NCBI GenBank assembly: GCA_963754925.1
Contig: CAVWHX010000004.1
Coordinates: 64,001-128,000, forward strand
Direction of reading: 5' to 3'
DNA from: an uncultured delta proteobacterium
GTDB lineage: Bacteria > Myxococcota > B64-G9
Length of the DNA stretch: 64,000 bases
Shown: positions 19,905 through 30,009 of the stretch, piece after piece
How the letters are laid out: each line of letters starts with the position of its first letter
Position numbering within the stretch: the first letter of the stretch is position 1
Made by a program: the position numbers and the translations under genes
The notes under the pieces: generated by a model
The model's input: only the letters and a program-made list of their open reading frames with translations
The model's database searches: none
What the model was told of the DNA's origin: nothing

Positions 19905-20779
19905 CTATATCCCCTGAGGCCTAGTTCAACCAGAGCCGCTTTGAGCTGCGGCTTCAGGGCTTCAGACAGTTCGGTCAACGGCAACCGAACTTCGCCCGTG
20001 CACAACCCGAGCAGAGCCGCCGCTGCCTTGACCGGAATGGGACTGGATTCGGCAAACAGCGCCTGCGCCAGAGGCAGCACCTTGAGGTGCAGCGCCTGGG
20101 CTGCGCTCAGATCGGAAGCCGTGAACCGATTGTAGATCTCGGCCATGTCCCGAGGCGCGACGTTGCTGACCACCGAGATGCAGCCGTGCCCGCCGATGGC
20201 GAGCAACGGCAGATAGGTAAAATCGTCGCCCGAGAGAATCGCAATGCGCGACGCTGCCGCCCGCACGATATACCCGTCGAGCTTGAGATCGCCGGACGCC
20301 TCCTTCAGGGCCGCCACGTTCGGGATTTGGCACAGCGCCGAGACGCTCTCGGCCGTCAGCGAAACGCCCGTGCGGCCAGGCACGTTGTAGACCGTAACCG
20401 GCAGCCCGACCTCGGCTACCGCGCGAACGTGATCGAGAATGCCCTTTTGAGTGGGCTTGACATAGTAGGGGGTCACGACCAAAACGCCGTCGACCTTCAG
20501 CTCGCGCACGCGCTCGGTCAGCTCGACCGACTGGCGGGTATTGTTGGTGCCGGTACCGGCGATCACCGGGATCCGGCCGCGGGCCTGCTCAACGACCGCC
20601 CGGACCACCTGCAGGCGCTCCTCCCCGGTCAGCGATGAGGCCTCACCGGTGGTTCCGCAGGCCACCAGCCCATGTATGCCGGAGACTATCTGCCATTCGG
20701 TCAATTCGCGCAGGGCCGGCAGATCAAGGTGCCCGTCGCGAAAGGGAGTTATCAGGGCGGTTATGGTTCCGTGGATCAT
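19901..20779 (-). CDS. dapA: 4-hydroxy-tetrahydrodipicolinate synthase
   Basis: ALITPF, GTTGE, TPYYVKP, YNVPGRT, KEASG, SGDD. Confidence 0.95.
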   Translation of the reverse strand: MIHGTITALITPFRDGHLDLPALRELTEWQIVSGIHGLVACGTTGEASSLTGEERLQVVRAVVEQARGRIPVIAGTGTNNTRQSVELTERVRELKVDGVLVVTPYYVKPTQKGILDHVRAVAEVGLPVTVYNVPGRTGVSLTAESVSALCQIPNVAALKEASGDLKLDGYIVRAAASRIAILSGDDFTYLPLLAIGGHGCISVVSNVAPRDMAEIYNRFTASDLSAAQALHLKVLPLAQALFAESSPIPVKAAAALLGLCTGEVRLPLTELSEALKPQLKAALVELGLRGYR

Positions 20780-20958
20780 GGCATGCCTTTCTGTGCACCA
20801 TCGTGATGGGAATCTTCAGGTTGCGCCTGCACAGGCTCCGGCGCCGGCGGTCGGGGCGGCGCCTTGACGCCGCACGAGAATAGCCCGAGAGCAATCAGGG
20901 CAACCACCACGATTGCCCTGCGTCGTATTTTTCCATCGCTGAACATAACGTTATTCAT
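20776..20958 (-). CDS. Small lipoprotein (LptM/LppL-like)
   Basis: Hydrophobic signal, LFSC lipobox, CGVKAPPRPP; position upstream of dap genes is typical for this family. Confidence 0.6.
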   Translation of the reverse strand: MNNVMFSDGKIRRRAIVVVALIALGLFSCGVKAPPRPPAPEPVQAQPEDSHHDGAQKGMP

Positions 20959-20962
20959 TTCC

Positions 20963-22771
20963 TTAGAAGAACAACACCAATCTACCCATCACCCGATGGG
21001 CGATACCGGCGATCGTGTCCTGATTTTCTCCCTGTCCACCTTTCTTCATATCATCGCCGAGATCGTTCATACCGGAAAACGGAATCAACAGGCCATAGGA
21101 CACGCCGGCCTGAAAATGGTCGCTCGAGAAGTAAAACACATCCAGGTCGAACTCCAGGCCCAGCGGAAGGCTATTCCCGCGGGTGGTGGTCGTCAACGAC
21201 TCCGAGTAGATAGCTGAAAGCTTGGCCCCTAAACCAAAGGGGAACAGGTACTGCACGCTCGGCTTGAGGTAGTAGGCGTTGGTCACCGCGCCGACAATTT
21301 CGCGCCACAGGATGAGATCGACGTGATAGTCACGATTAAAGATATAATTATTAATGTGTGTTATGGCTGCCTTCTGGGGATTTCCATTGATGGGGTTTGC
21401 AACATATCCATACGGATCGTCAACATCCCCGGTATAGGCAGGCTGCAGGCGACTCAGAAACGGCCCCGACCCGAAGGCAAGTTGATTATCGCCCGAAGCA
21501 ATGCCGGACTCGAATCCCAGCACCAGTTGATCGTTCAACAAGCTGTAATCGGCCTGGAGCACCCCGCCGCTCTGAAGCATATCGAGCCTCTTGTTTTCAT
21601 CGAACGCAGTAGAATCAGCCTGGCCAACGGTGAGCTTGCCGGCCACCAAGACTGCCTCCAACTCGATCCGCAGCTTGTGCCACATGAAACGCACCCAAAG
21701 GTCGGGCATGAACATATTGGCGCCGCGGTACGTGTACGTAACCGCCGGCGTGGCGCCGTTGATGCCCATGGTGGTGGTATCGACATTAGTGGCGTCGTAG
21801 GACTGGTTGCGGTAGGTGAAATAAATGCCGTAGTTGAGCACCCAGCTGCCTTGGGCGAGGGCCTCGCGAATGTCTTCGGGCTTGTCGCGTTTGAAGATGG
21901 AAATGCCACAGGAGTGCACATCATCCAGCTGATCTAAATTAATTTTCTGTGTGCCGTAATCGTTGAAATTGGCGTAGGTTGGCCCCTCGGAGGTAAAATC
22001 AACAAACGGCACAAAGTAATGACCCAGGAACTTGGTGATGAACATGATCCGATCGACGGTCGAGCCGTAGTCGCAATCAAAGCACTGACCTATCGGATCA
22101 AGCCGGTCGGTCGAGGTCACGAGCGGCCCGCGATCGACAAACGCCGGCCCGCCATCGTTGGCCATAATCCCCAAGCCCCATTGCGATCCCATTCGACCGA
22201 AGCGAATTAAACCCAGCGGCGTCTTTACCTCTCCCCAGAGACGCTTGACGGCAATGCTGGCGCTCGGCGGAGACTGACTTTGGCTAAAAAACACGAGATC
22301 ATTATTCTGATCGGGTGTGGAGCCGAGAACCAGATTGTCGAGCATATCAATCTGGCCCATGATGCGGACATCCTCGGAGATGTTGAGGGTGGGCTCAAGT
22401 CGAAAACGCATGTTGCCGGTAAACATCGTGTCGCCCCTGCCGGACGCTGGATGCGGAAACTGAGGGTACGGTTCGCGCAGCGGGGTTCCAAGATCGAGGT
22501 CCTTGTCCATATCGCCGCGCATCCTGAGATAGCCGTGCAGGTCGAGCAGGTTCAACGGCGGTTTGGCGATCGCGCTTTGATCGATTTTAACCTCGGTGAA
22601 ACCTGCCGGCGGCGGCGGCAGTGGCTCCGGCTGGGTTTTATCCGGTGTTGGCGGCGCCGCTGCCCCTTCGGCAGGAGAGGCGTTTTGGGCTTCCTCGGCA
22701 AACAACTGAGTCGGTACCAGTGAAAGAATTAATGAGCCAGCCAAAAGCCAGTTGAACCGGAAAACGCGCAT
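20963..22771 (-). CDS. TIGR04551-family outer membrane beta-barrel protein
   Basis: LHGYLRMR, NMRFRLEPT, DMLDNLVLGSTP, GRMGSQWGLG, DCDYG, DYHVDLILWREI, C-terminal Phe. Confidence 0.75.
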   Translation of the reverse strand: MRVFRFNWLLAGSLILSLVPTQLFAEEAQNASPAEGAAAPPTPDKTQPEPLPPPPAGFTEVKIDQSAIAKPPLNLLDLHGYLRMRGDMDKDLDLGTPLREPYPQFPHPASGRGDTMFTGNMRFRLEPTLNISEDVRIMGQIDMLDNLVLGSTPDQNNDLVFFSQSQSPPSASIAVKRLWGEVKTPLGLIRFGRMGSQWGLGIMANDGGPAFVDRGPLVTSTDRLDPIGQCFDCDYGSTVDRIMFITKFLGHYFVPFVDFTSEGPTYANFNDYGTQKINLDQLDDVHSCGISIFKRDKPEDIREALAQGSWVLNYGIYFTYRNQSYDATNVDTTTMGINGATPAVTYTYRGANMFMPDLWVRFMWHKLRIELEAVLVAGKLTVGQADSTAFDENKRLDMLQSGGVLQADYSLLNDQLVLGFESGIASGDNQLAFGSGPFLSRLQPAYTGDVDDPYGYVANPINGNPQKAAITHINNYIFNRDYHVDLILWREIVGAVTNAYYLKPSVQYLFPFGLGAKLSAIYSESLTTTTRGNSLPLGLEFDLDVFYFSSDHFQAGVSYGLLIPFSGMNDLGDDMKKGGQGENQDTIAGIAHRVMGRLVLFF

Positions 22772-22868
22772 AATCCCTCCTTGGTACGCTCAGACCAACT
22801 ATAAAAACTTAATTAATTCAAATTCATGCGTGCGGCTTTACCACAGGGGTCTATAAGGTGTCAATCCT

Positions 22869-23429
22869 TTACAGTTTATTAAGGTCGATCAACCCCTGAA
22901 CCGCTAAATGAGCAAAGGCGACCACCACCAGTGAATGCTGGATCTCTCCCTCCCGGATAAGCCGCGGCACATCCTTAAGCGGCCTTTCCAAGACTTCTAT
23001 ACACTCGTCCTCATCGGGATGCGGTTCGGACAAGAGCCGCGCCGATTGGGCTAGAAACGTAATGGCGCGGTTGGTTTGGATAGCAGGGTTCGGGAAAATC
23101 GTTCCGAGATGCCGCCACCCCGAGGAGTGATACCCGGTTTCTTCGGCGAGCTCGCGCATGGCAGCCTGAATCGGCGTCTCGCCCGGATCGATCATCCCAC
23201 CCGGAATCTCCAGGGTGACTTTTTTTATTCCGGGTCGATACTGACGAATCAACACAACGTTGTCTTCGTCGGTTATCGCAATCACATTGGTCCAGTCGGG
23301 CGCTTCTATCACATCGTACTCACGTTCGCGACCGCCCGAAGGCGCGCGCATCCGATCTTTACGCACCCGAAAGATCCTCGTGGCGTAACGAATTTCTCTC
23401 CCGAGTTCCTCCCACGGTAGAACCTTCAT
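22869..23429 (-). CDS. NUDIX hydrolase (ADP-ribose pyrophosphatase-like)
   Basis: Nudix box GGMIDPGETPIQAAMRELAEETG; RQYR. Confidence 0.9.
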   Translation of the reverse strand: MKVLPWEELGREIRYATRIFRVRKDRMRAPSGGREREYDVIEAPDWTNVIAITDEDNVVLIRQYRPGIKKVTLEIPGGMIDPGETPIQAAMRELAEETGYHSSGWRHLGTIFPNPAIQTNRAITFLAQSARLLSEPHPDEDECIEVLERPLKDVPRLIREGEIQHSLVVVAFAHLAVQGLIDLNKL

Positions 23430-23464
23430 GATTATCCTTCCTATCTTGGCTCGTGTATCGCCGA

Positions 23465-24814
23465 TTAGAAGAATATTAGTGTCAACGCGATAAAGAGTGG
23501 AATCAGTATCAAACCAGAATACAGCATGTACCCAAAGAAGCTCGGCATCTTCAAGCCGCGTTCTTCGGCCATTGCCCTGATCATAAAATTAGGGGCGTTG
23601 CCGATATACGTGTTGGCGCCCATAAAGACCGCCCCCAGGCTAATCGCCCGTAACAGCAATTCGTCTATTCCCGCTACGGTCACCATTGGCGCTCCGTTCT
23701 CGATCCCAATTCCTCGAGCAAGCGCGAAGAACGCCATAAAAGTCGGGGTGTTATCCAAAAATGATGACAGCCCTCCGCTTGCCCAGAAAAAGCCTACCGG
23801 ATCCCGTACTCCCATTTCAGCCCCGCGGGCGTTGAGTATCAATAGCGCGGGAATCATGGTGGCGAATATCCCTAAAAACAACACCGCCACTTCGATGATG
23901 GCGTGAAAGGTAAATTTATTTTCCTCCCGCAGCTTCCGGGGGGTGATTAACCACGAAACAACCGCCAGGAGGATGAGCAGCACCTCACGGGTCGGAAAGG
24001 GCGCGACCGGCTCGTACAAAAAAGCCACGGCCAGCACTACCCCCATCAAGAGCGGCAGATTCTGCAGGCCGCGCATCCGCAGCGGTTCGATCCGGGTGCG
24101 GTCGGCATCAAGCGCGGCGGACGGCTCCCTGGCGTATTGGATCCGATCCCACAGATTATAGATCAAAAGCAACACTCCGGTGCACACAGCCCACTCAGGC
24201 CAGAGCTGAAAGAACCACGAGAACGGAACGCCGGCTAAATAACCCATAAACAGAGGCGGATCGCCGAGCGGGGTGAGGCAGCCGCCGATATTGCCTGCCA
24301 GGAAAATGAAAAAGATCACGGTATGGGTGACTCGGGTGCGCTCACGATTGGTGTCGAGCAACGGACGGATGAGCAGCATGGCTGCCCCGGTCGTTCCCAT
24401 AACCGACGCCAGCAAAGCCCCGGCCAGCATGAACGCCGTGTTCACGTTCGGTGTGGCGCGTAGATCGGCGCTGATGACAATACCACCTGAAATGACAAAA
24501 AGCGCCGTCAGCAGTATCACAAACGATGTATATTCCCGAACGGTTGAGACAACCGGCGCCGGATCCATGGCGGCGATAAAGCCGATTACCGGCAACCCCA
24601 AGAGGAGTGAGATGAATAGTTTGTTACGGTTCGAACTCCAGAAGGTTGGCGCGGCGAGCGGTAGTATTGCAATCGCGAGCAGCATCAAAACAAATGCCGT
24701 CACCGACCAGAGCGGCAAGGTATGACCAAGGCTCGAACCTTCGGCGCACCACGCGTGCGATCCCCATAACAGTATTCCCACGGCGGTCGGTAGCTGAATC
24801 AGCAGCGGCTTCAT
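23465..24814 (-). CDS. Putative Na+/H+ antiporter (IT superfamily)
   Basis: Multi-TM; GTTGAAMLLIRP, NIGGCLTPLGDPPLF, SSFLDNTPT, GANTYIGNAPN, MPSFFGY. Confidence 0.85.
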   Translation of the reverse strand: MKPLLIQLPTAVGILLWGSHAWCAEGSSLGHTLPLWSVTAFVLMLLAIAILPLAAPTFWSSNRNKLFISLLLGLPVIGFIAAMDPAPVVSTVREYTSFVILLTALFVISGGIVISADLRATPNVNTAFMLAGALLASVMGTTGAAMLLIRPLLDTNRERTRVTHTVIFFIFLAGNIGGCLTPLGDPPLFMGYLAGVPFSWFFQLWPEWAVCTGVLLLIYNLWDRIQYAREPSAALDADRTRIEPLRMRGLQNLPLLMGVVLAVAFLYEPVAPFPTREVLLILLAVVSWLITPRKLREENKFTFHAIIEVAVLFLGIFATMIPALLILNARGAEMGVRDPVGFFWASGGLSSFLDNTPTFMAFFALARGIGIENGAPMVTVAGIDELLLRAISLGAVFMGANTYIGNAPNFMIRAMAEERGLKMPSFFGYMLYSGLILIPLFIALTLIFF

Positions 24815-24981
24815 CAAATCTCCCGAAGAGCGGACAGCTTGATTGGAGCAAAAAGCTACCACGTCAAGCGCTTTGTGCAAGTGAAACTTCGAGAGTTAAG
24901 ATTGCGCGCCGGGTCCTGTCTGCCTCGCATCCTAGAGACTTGCCTTCTTCTACGCCAAGGGTGTCGCGAAAGTCGAACGAT

Positions 24982-25050
24982 GTCATTCCCGCGGAAGCGG
25001 GAATCCAGATTCTTGCACCACTGCTGGACCCCCGCCTTCGCGGGGGTGAC
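24982..25050. repeat. REP-like inverted doublet, uninterrupted ('empty') allele
   Basis: GTCATTCCCGCGGAAGCGGGAATCCAG...CTGGACCCCCGCCTTCGCGGGGGTGAC; same family as copies at 15.4, 38.8 and 49.8 kb. Confidence 0.85.
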
Positions 25051-25122
25051 TTGAAACGTTGTAAGGGGCGGCTTTCAGAAAGCTGCCCCTTTGGTGACCG
25101 AACCAACCGTGGGATTGAGGAC

Positions 25123-25527
25123 TTAACTAACTTTGATCTTGCGCGGCTTTGCGGCCTCGGCTTTATGGAGCACGAGCTTGAGAATGCCGTTGTTCAACGA
25201 GGCCTCAATTTTATTTTGATCGATCTGCTCACCCAAGGTAAAACGCCGGGTGAATCCTCCGATGTCGTACTCGTGGTAAATCAAGCGGTGGTTTTTCTCA
25301 ATTGGCCCGACGGTTGCCGTCAACGTCAGCACCCCTTCGCGTACATCGATACTGAGACCTTCCTTTTGTGCACCCGGGATATCAGCGTACAGGGTGATTG
25401 CGTCACCGTCTTCGGTGATATCAACATCGGGAACAAACGTCACGCCTTCCCGCGTCGGCTCACCGCTGGTTTTCTCAATAGCCTTTTTATTGCTTACCTG
25501 CAATTCCTTGTTTTCTTTTTCGGTCAT
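25123..25527 (-). CDS. Hsp20/alpha-crystallin small heat shock protein
   Basis: PDVDITE...ADIPG...FTRRFTL...NGILKLVLHKAEAAKPRKI. Confidence 0.9.
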   Translation of the reverse strand: MTEKENKELQVSNKKAIEKTSGEPTREGVTFVPDVDITEDGDAITLYADIPGAQKEGLSIDVREGVLTLTATVGPIEKNHRLIYHEYDIGGFTRRFTLGEQIDQNKIEASLNNGILKLVLHKAEAAKPRKIKVS

Positions 25528-25554
25528 GGTCCACCTCCTCAGGATTGGTCCAGT

Positions 25555-26015
25555 CATTAACCTTGACTTCTACCTGACGCGGCTTCGCTTGCTCGGCGCG
25601 TGGCAGTCTGATCTCCAGGATGCCATCCTTCGCGTGGGCCATCACCTTGCTGCTGTCAATTTGATCGGGAAGCGTAAAGGCCCGTCGAAATTCTCCAAAG
25701 TTACGCTCGCGCCGGTGGTAGCTTATGTTTTCGCCTTCGACGTTGGTTTCGGCGCTTGCCTCTAATCGTCAAGGTGTTGTTGGCTACCGAGATGTCGATG
25801 TCTTTGGGGTCCACCCCCGGAAGTTCTGCCCGCACCACGTAGCTTTCATTGTCGTCGTACACATTGATCGGCGGGTAAACCCCGGCACCCGTGCTACTCC
25901 ACGGCGATGAAGTCGACCACGGACGGAAGAGCGTTAGCAAACGATCAAAATCGTGCTGCGACCGATCGAATTGAGAAAATGCGGACTCCTGTCCTAGCCA
26001 ATTGATTAATGCCAT
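25555..26015 (-). CDS. Hsp20 small heat shock protein (frameshift near 25750; 3' end approximate)
   Basis: YPPINVYD...AELPGVDP...LTIRGKR, then YHRRER...FRRAFTLPD...DGILEIRLPRAEQAKPR in another frame. Confidence 0.85.
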
Positions 26016-26169
26016 GGCTTCGCCTCCTAATAGGTTATCTTATATATATTTTCTACCGCACCGCCTTCTCTGAGCAAAATGTAAACATCCCTGGTGGTCT
26101 GTCAAGGGCTAGACGTTGACCGAACGAATTATCCGATTTTTTCGATACGCACGACGGGTGACGTTCCGG

Positions 26170-27579
26170 TCAGGGGTCCATCCGGGTTGCATCCGGCGAT
26201 GCCGTCACCTCAGGAACAACCGCACGGCGGCGGTTTCGGGGGCGCCGTCGCCGATGGTTTTTCTTTCGCGGCGCAGCGGCGATATCATGCGCCGTCTGAC
26301 GCAACCGCCTCAACGTCCGACTGCCTTTTCCCGTGGCCCGCACCCCGATGGCGAAGAGTTCAAGCGCCTCGGGAAAGTAGTGGCGCAGCACCAACGATCG
26401 CGGTAGCGGAGCCCGGCCGGGAAGATTAAAAAGTTTTTTTTGGGCGCCGATTATCTGTTGAATGCGCTCGGCTTCCCACTTGGGCAAATTCAGCCGAGTC
26501 ACCATGGCCTGCACGGTATCCCGGGCGACCTCAGCCAGTGAACAGGAAGAGCCCGTCGAACCATGGATCTCGCGCTTGCACCGGGCGGCGTCCAACACCG
26601 GATGGAACAACAAGCTGGCAAGCATCACCGTGTTGGGATGCGCCTCGTGCGGGGGTTGATCCAAGGCGCGTAAATAGGCGAACAAACCCCCACCCGGATC
26701 GCGCTCCTCGCTGCGTTCCAACACCCGGCTCAGGTAGCTGTTGACCTCGGGCAGAAGCACCGCAAGCGCGCCGACCTGCCAGAGCAGCCGAAAGCTTACC
26801 TCTGCGGCGCCTCCCCGGAGGATGCGATTGATCTCCTCGAGCAGGCGAGGCGGCGCGCTCTTGGAGAGCTCCTTGCCGTACCGGCACATGGCCTCCCAGG
26901 CCAGGTCGTCGATCCTGAAATCCAGAAGGGCGGCAAACTTGACTGCCCGGATGATACGCACGGGGTCTTCACGCACTCGCACGCCGGGGTCACCGATGAA
27001 ACGGATGGTCCGGTGGACCAGATCCTCCAACCCGCCGCAGTAGTCGATCACGATGCGCTCGACGGGGTCGTAAAAGAGCGCGTTGATGGTGAAGTCGCGC
27101 CGCAGCGCATCCTGCTCTTCGGTGCCAAAGACATTGTCCTCGCGAATCAACAGGTCACCCGGTTGATTGTTGTGGTCGTTGCCGCCGGCTCGAAAGGTGG
27201 CCGTCTGGATCACTTTGTTGTTGCGAAAGTGGATGTGCGCCAACCGAAAGCGCCGACCGATCAGCCGACAGTTGCGAAAGACCTTACGAATTTCCTGAGG
27301 CTTGGCCGAGGTAGCAACATCAAAGTCTTTTGGTTTTCGTCGCAGCATTAGATCGCGAACGCAACCGCCCACCAGATAGGCGCTATACCCGAATTGGCGC
27401 AAGCGGTTGACCACCTTCAACGCATCGCCATCGATCTGGTCGGGATGAATGTTCTGGGTGGGAACGATCACCGCAATCGTATCGGTCCGGTTGGCTGTAC
27501 TGTCAGTTGCAGGGGTTGCAAGTCTCTCAACCATACTGGGTGAAAACCATATACCGACTCGCATCGGGTTGCAAGCCAC
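26170..27579 (-). CDS. pcnB: Poly(A) polymerase I
   Basis: LVGGCVRD, KPKDFDVAT, PAP signature LIGRRFRLAHI, RRDFTINAL, EDPVRIIRA; start uncertain. Confidence 0.9.
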   Translation of the reverse strand: MACNPMRVGIWFSPSMVERLATPATDSTANRTDTIAVIVPTQNIHPDQIDGDALKVVNRLRQFGYSAYLVGGCVRDLMLRRKPKDFDVATSAKPQEIRKVFRNCRLIGRRFRLAHIHFRNNKVIQTATFRAGGNDHNNQPGDLLIREDNVFGTEEQDALRRDFTINALFYDPVERIVIDYCGGLEDLVHRTIRFIGDPGVRVREDPVRIIRAVKFAALLDFRIDDLAWEAMCRYGKELSKSAPPRLLEEINRILRGGAAEVSFRLLWQVGALAVLLPEVNSYLSRVLERSEERDPGGGLFAYLRALDQPPHEAHPNTVMLASLLFHPVLDAARCKREIHGSTGSSCSLAEVARDTVQAMVTRLNLPKWEAERIQQIIGAQKKLFNLPGRAPLPRSLVLRHYFPEALELFAIGVRATGKGSRTLRRLRQTAHDIAAAPRKKNHRRRRPRNRRRAVVPEVTASPDATRMDP

Positions 27580-27658
27580 TCTGTATGGTGTACCATACGG
27601 GGCGGTTAACTTTGCTTCCGAACGTTGGAACTAATTATTAACACGAGGAAAGATTGAT

Positions 27659-28150
27659 ATGCGCGCAGTGGTCCAACGAGTAAAAGAGGCTCGCGTCGTG
27701 GTATCAAGCAACCTCGTTGCCGAGATTGGTCGAGGACTGTTGGTTTTCCTCGGCGCGGGAAAGGGAGACACCGAAAAGGACGCGACCTGGATGGTCGAGA
27801 AAATCGTCGGGTTACGTATTTTCCCCGATCAGCAGGATCGCATGAACCTGTCGGTAGCGGACATCGGCGGTCAGCTGTTGGTGGTCAGTCAGTTCACGTT
27901 GTTCGGGGATTGCCGCAAAGGCAAACGGCCGTCGTTTGCCGGCGCGCTCGAACCAGCGCAGGCCGAGCGCCTGTGCGATCTCTTCGTCACGCTGGTCAAA
28001 AATCGGGGGATCGTCTGCGGTAGCGGCATATTCGCCGCCGATATGCAGGTATCTCTTATTAATGATGGACCGGTCACCCTGTTGGTCGACAGCCGGCTGC
28101 CTCGACAGGGCGGGGACGAAGGATTTAGTGCTTCACCGCCCCTACTCTAG
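27659..28150 (+). CDS. dtd: D-aminoacyl-tRNA deacylase
   Basis: MRAVVQRV, VSQFTL, NDGPVT. Confidence 0.95.
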   Translation: MRAVVQRVKEARVVVSSNLVAEIGRGLLVFLGAGKGDTEKDATWMVEKIVGLRIFPDQQDRMNLSVADIGGQLLVVSQFTLFGDCRKGKRPSFAGALEPAQAERLCDLFVTLVKNRGIVCGSGIFAADMQVSLINDGPVTLLVDSRLPRQGGDEGFSASPPLL

Positions 28151-28489
28151 CTCCGGGTTCCCCCTCAGCCGCTTGGTAGCCGCGCGCCGTTGCTTGGCCT
28201 CGATCCGGCGCTTCTGACTACCGCTGGTGGGTCGGGTTGGTCGGCGCGGTTTGGGTTTTTCACGAAGTCGCGCAAGTCGCATAGCCAAACGCTCAAAGGC
28301 GGCCTCGAGATTCTGGGAGAGCGAGCGCGATCGGGTGGCGGTGACGATGAGCCCGCTCGGCCGATGGTGCAGCCGAACGGCGTTGCGGCTTCGGTTGCGA
28401 TGTTGCCCGCCGGGCCCCGGACCGGTAAAGACGTCCACATCGCATTCCCTGTCGAGGATTGCTCGTTCCCTTTCAGATAACCCAGGCAT
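28142..28489 (-). CDS. Peptide chain release factor-like protein (ArfB-type)
   Basis: GPGGQHRN motif, basic tail KPRRPTRPT...KQRRAATKRLR. Confidence 0.85.
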   Translation of the reverse strand: MPGLSERERAILDRECDVDVFTGPGPGGQHRNRSRNAVRLHHRPSGLIVTATRSRSLSQNLEAAFERLAMRLARLREKPKPRRPTRPTSGSQKRRIEAKQRRAATKRLRGNPELE

Positions 28490-28539
28490 TGCAACTCGTT
28501 CGGCTAATTATTACTATGGTATGTTCATCATTGACCAAT

Positions 28540-28866
28540 CTAGGCAGCATGGGCCGTTTTTTCCTTGGCGCGACGAATTCTAAGAATTTTATTGCGGTCG
28601 ACTTTGATTTTTGTTCGCTTCTTCTCGGTTTGCCAAAGATCGTACATCATTTGGTTGTGCAACCAGCTCTCCGGTGTCGTATCAAAAGCGAGAGAAAGTC
28701 TCATCGCCATCTCAGTACTGACACCAGCCCGGCCATTGAGCAATTCTGAAAGCGTCTTCCTCGTGATTCCAAGGATCCGAGCCGCTTCGGTCACGCTCAA
28801 ACCAAGGGGATTCAACCACAGTTCCTTTAGAATCTCACCCGGATGTGCCGGATTGTGCATCCTCAT
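28540..28866 (-). CDS. higA: HigA-family antitoxin
   Basis: [25 protein letters not shown]. Confidence 0.92.
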   Translation of the reverse strand: MRMHNPAHPGEILKELWLNPLGLSVTEAARILGITRKTLSELLNGRAGVSTEMAMRLSLAFDTTPESWLHNQMMYDLWQTEKKRTKIKVDRNKILRIRRAKEKTAHAA

Positions 28867-28880
28867 TTTTTACCTCGCTC

Positions 28881-29159
28881 CTAGTGGTAATCCACATAAT
28901 CCACATCAATAATGTCTTTTCCTTCAAACTTAAAAACAATCCTCCAATTTCCACTGACCGAGATAGCCCAAAATCCTTCCCTCTTGCCTTTGAGGGGATG
29001 AAGTCTCAACCCGGGAGCGTTCAAGTCTTTTATGTTGTGCGCGGAATCGAGACTGGTCAACAGTATCCTGAGTCGTGCTGCCTGTTCCGGTTTGATCCCG
29101 GTCTTACTCCCATCTGTAAAAAACTTTTCCAAACCCTTGTGTCGGAACTTCTTGATCAC
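28881..29159 (-). CDS. higB: HigB (RelE/ParE-family) toxin
   Basis: FRHKGLEKFF, LHPLKG, VSGNWRIVF, DVDYVDYH. Confidence 0.92.
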   Translation of the reverse strand: MIKKFRHKGLEKFFTDGSKTGIKPEQAARLRILLTSLDSAHNIKDLNAPGLRLHPLKGKREGFWAISVSGNWRIVFKFEGKDIIDVDYVDYH

Positions 29160-29164
29160 GCCTC

Positions 29165-29193
29165 AGTGTAACCAGCAACGTTACAGGTGTCAA
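29165..29193 (-). promoter_or_regulatory. higBA sigma70 promoter with overlapping palindromic operator
   Basis: TTGACA-17 nt-TACACT on the minus strand; TGTAAC-N7-GTTACA (29167-29185) spans the spacer and overlaps the -10 box. Confidence 0.75.
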
Positions 29194-29283
29194 CTTAAAC
29201 CTGTTGTGTTTATTAAAGCAATTGTAGTACTTTCGCCGGTACACATTACGACTATGACGCCTTGGGTAAGAAAGGAGGAACAT

Positions 29284-29775
29284 ATGCGATTATCGACGAA
29301 AGTATTGTTTCTGGCAGGCGCGCTGGGTGCCCTCGCCGTGTGGGCGTTCGGCGCCGAGACTACGCCCGCGGCCCCCACGGGTGTAACCATTCCACCCGGA
29401 TACCGGGATTGGGTGGTTGTCGCCCCTTCGCAACGCGACGACAAGGACGAACTGCGGGTTATCCTCGCCAATCCGATTGCGCTCAAGGCGTTCCGGGCAA
29501 ACACCCTGCCCTTTCCGGACGGGTCGATTCTTGCGAAAATCGCCTGGAAGCGAAAAAAGTCAGAAGAGTTTGCCGACACGTTCATCCCCGGCGAGCAGCA
29601 GCGATTTGAGTTTATAGTTAAGGATCAGAAGAGATGGGCCGCAACCGGCGGTTGGGGATTCGGCCGGTTCATCAACGGCAAGCCCACGGACGCCGAGCAG
29701 CATGCAACCTGCTGGCCGTGCCATAGCGCCAACGTAAAGAACCACGACTGGGTGTTCACGCGCTATGCACCGTAA
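29284..29775 (+). CDS. Cytochrome P460-family protein
   Basis: AGGAGG RBS, signal peptide, PPGYRDW, FPDGSILAK, VKD...GGWGF, C-terminal CWPCH, DWVFTRYAP. Confidence 0.88.
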   Translation: MRLSTKVLFLAGALGALAVWAFGAETTPAAPTGVTIPPGYRDWVVVAPSQRDDKDELRVILANPIALKAFRANTLPFPDGSILAKIAWKRKKSEEFADTFIPGEQQRFEFIVKDQKRWAATGGWGFGRFINGKPTDAEQHATCWPCHSANVKNHDWVFTRYAP

Positions 29776-30009
29776 AGAATCTTTATTCTTGTTGTAGAGT
29801 GAAAGAACTTCTCCCCTCGAAAACCTGAATATTCCCTCAATTCTTTGATGCGTTGTGGAAACTTTGACCAGATGAAGTTACTAACTACTTGGTTTTATTT
29901 GTTTTTAAAACCTGCATCGCGAAATATCAATACGGCACGGCGATTGCTGGTTCTTCGGTATATCATTATGGTATATCATCAATAATCTGTCCCCGGAGGC
30001 GTAAAAGTT

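Noticed and set aside
24646..25560. 304-aa plus-strand ORF, and 38518..39207, containing VIPAEAGIQ/LDPRLRGGD-type peptides
   Set aside because: These are translations through REP palindromes and antisense to real genes
29776..30009. Possible small gene or remnant in the AT-rich gap before the serpin
   Set aside because: No convincing start, RBS or recognisable motif
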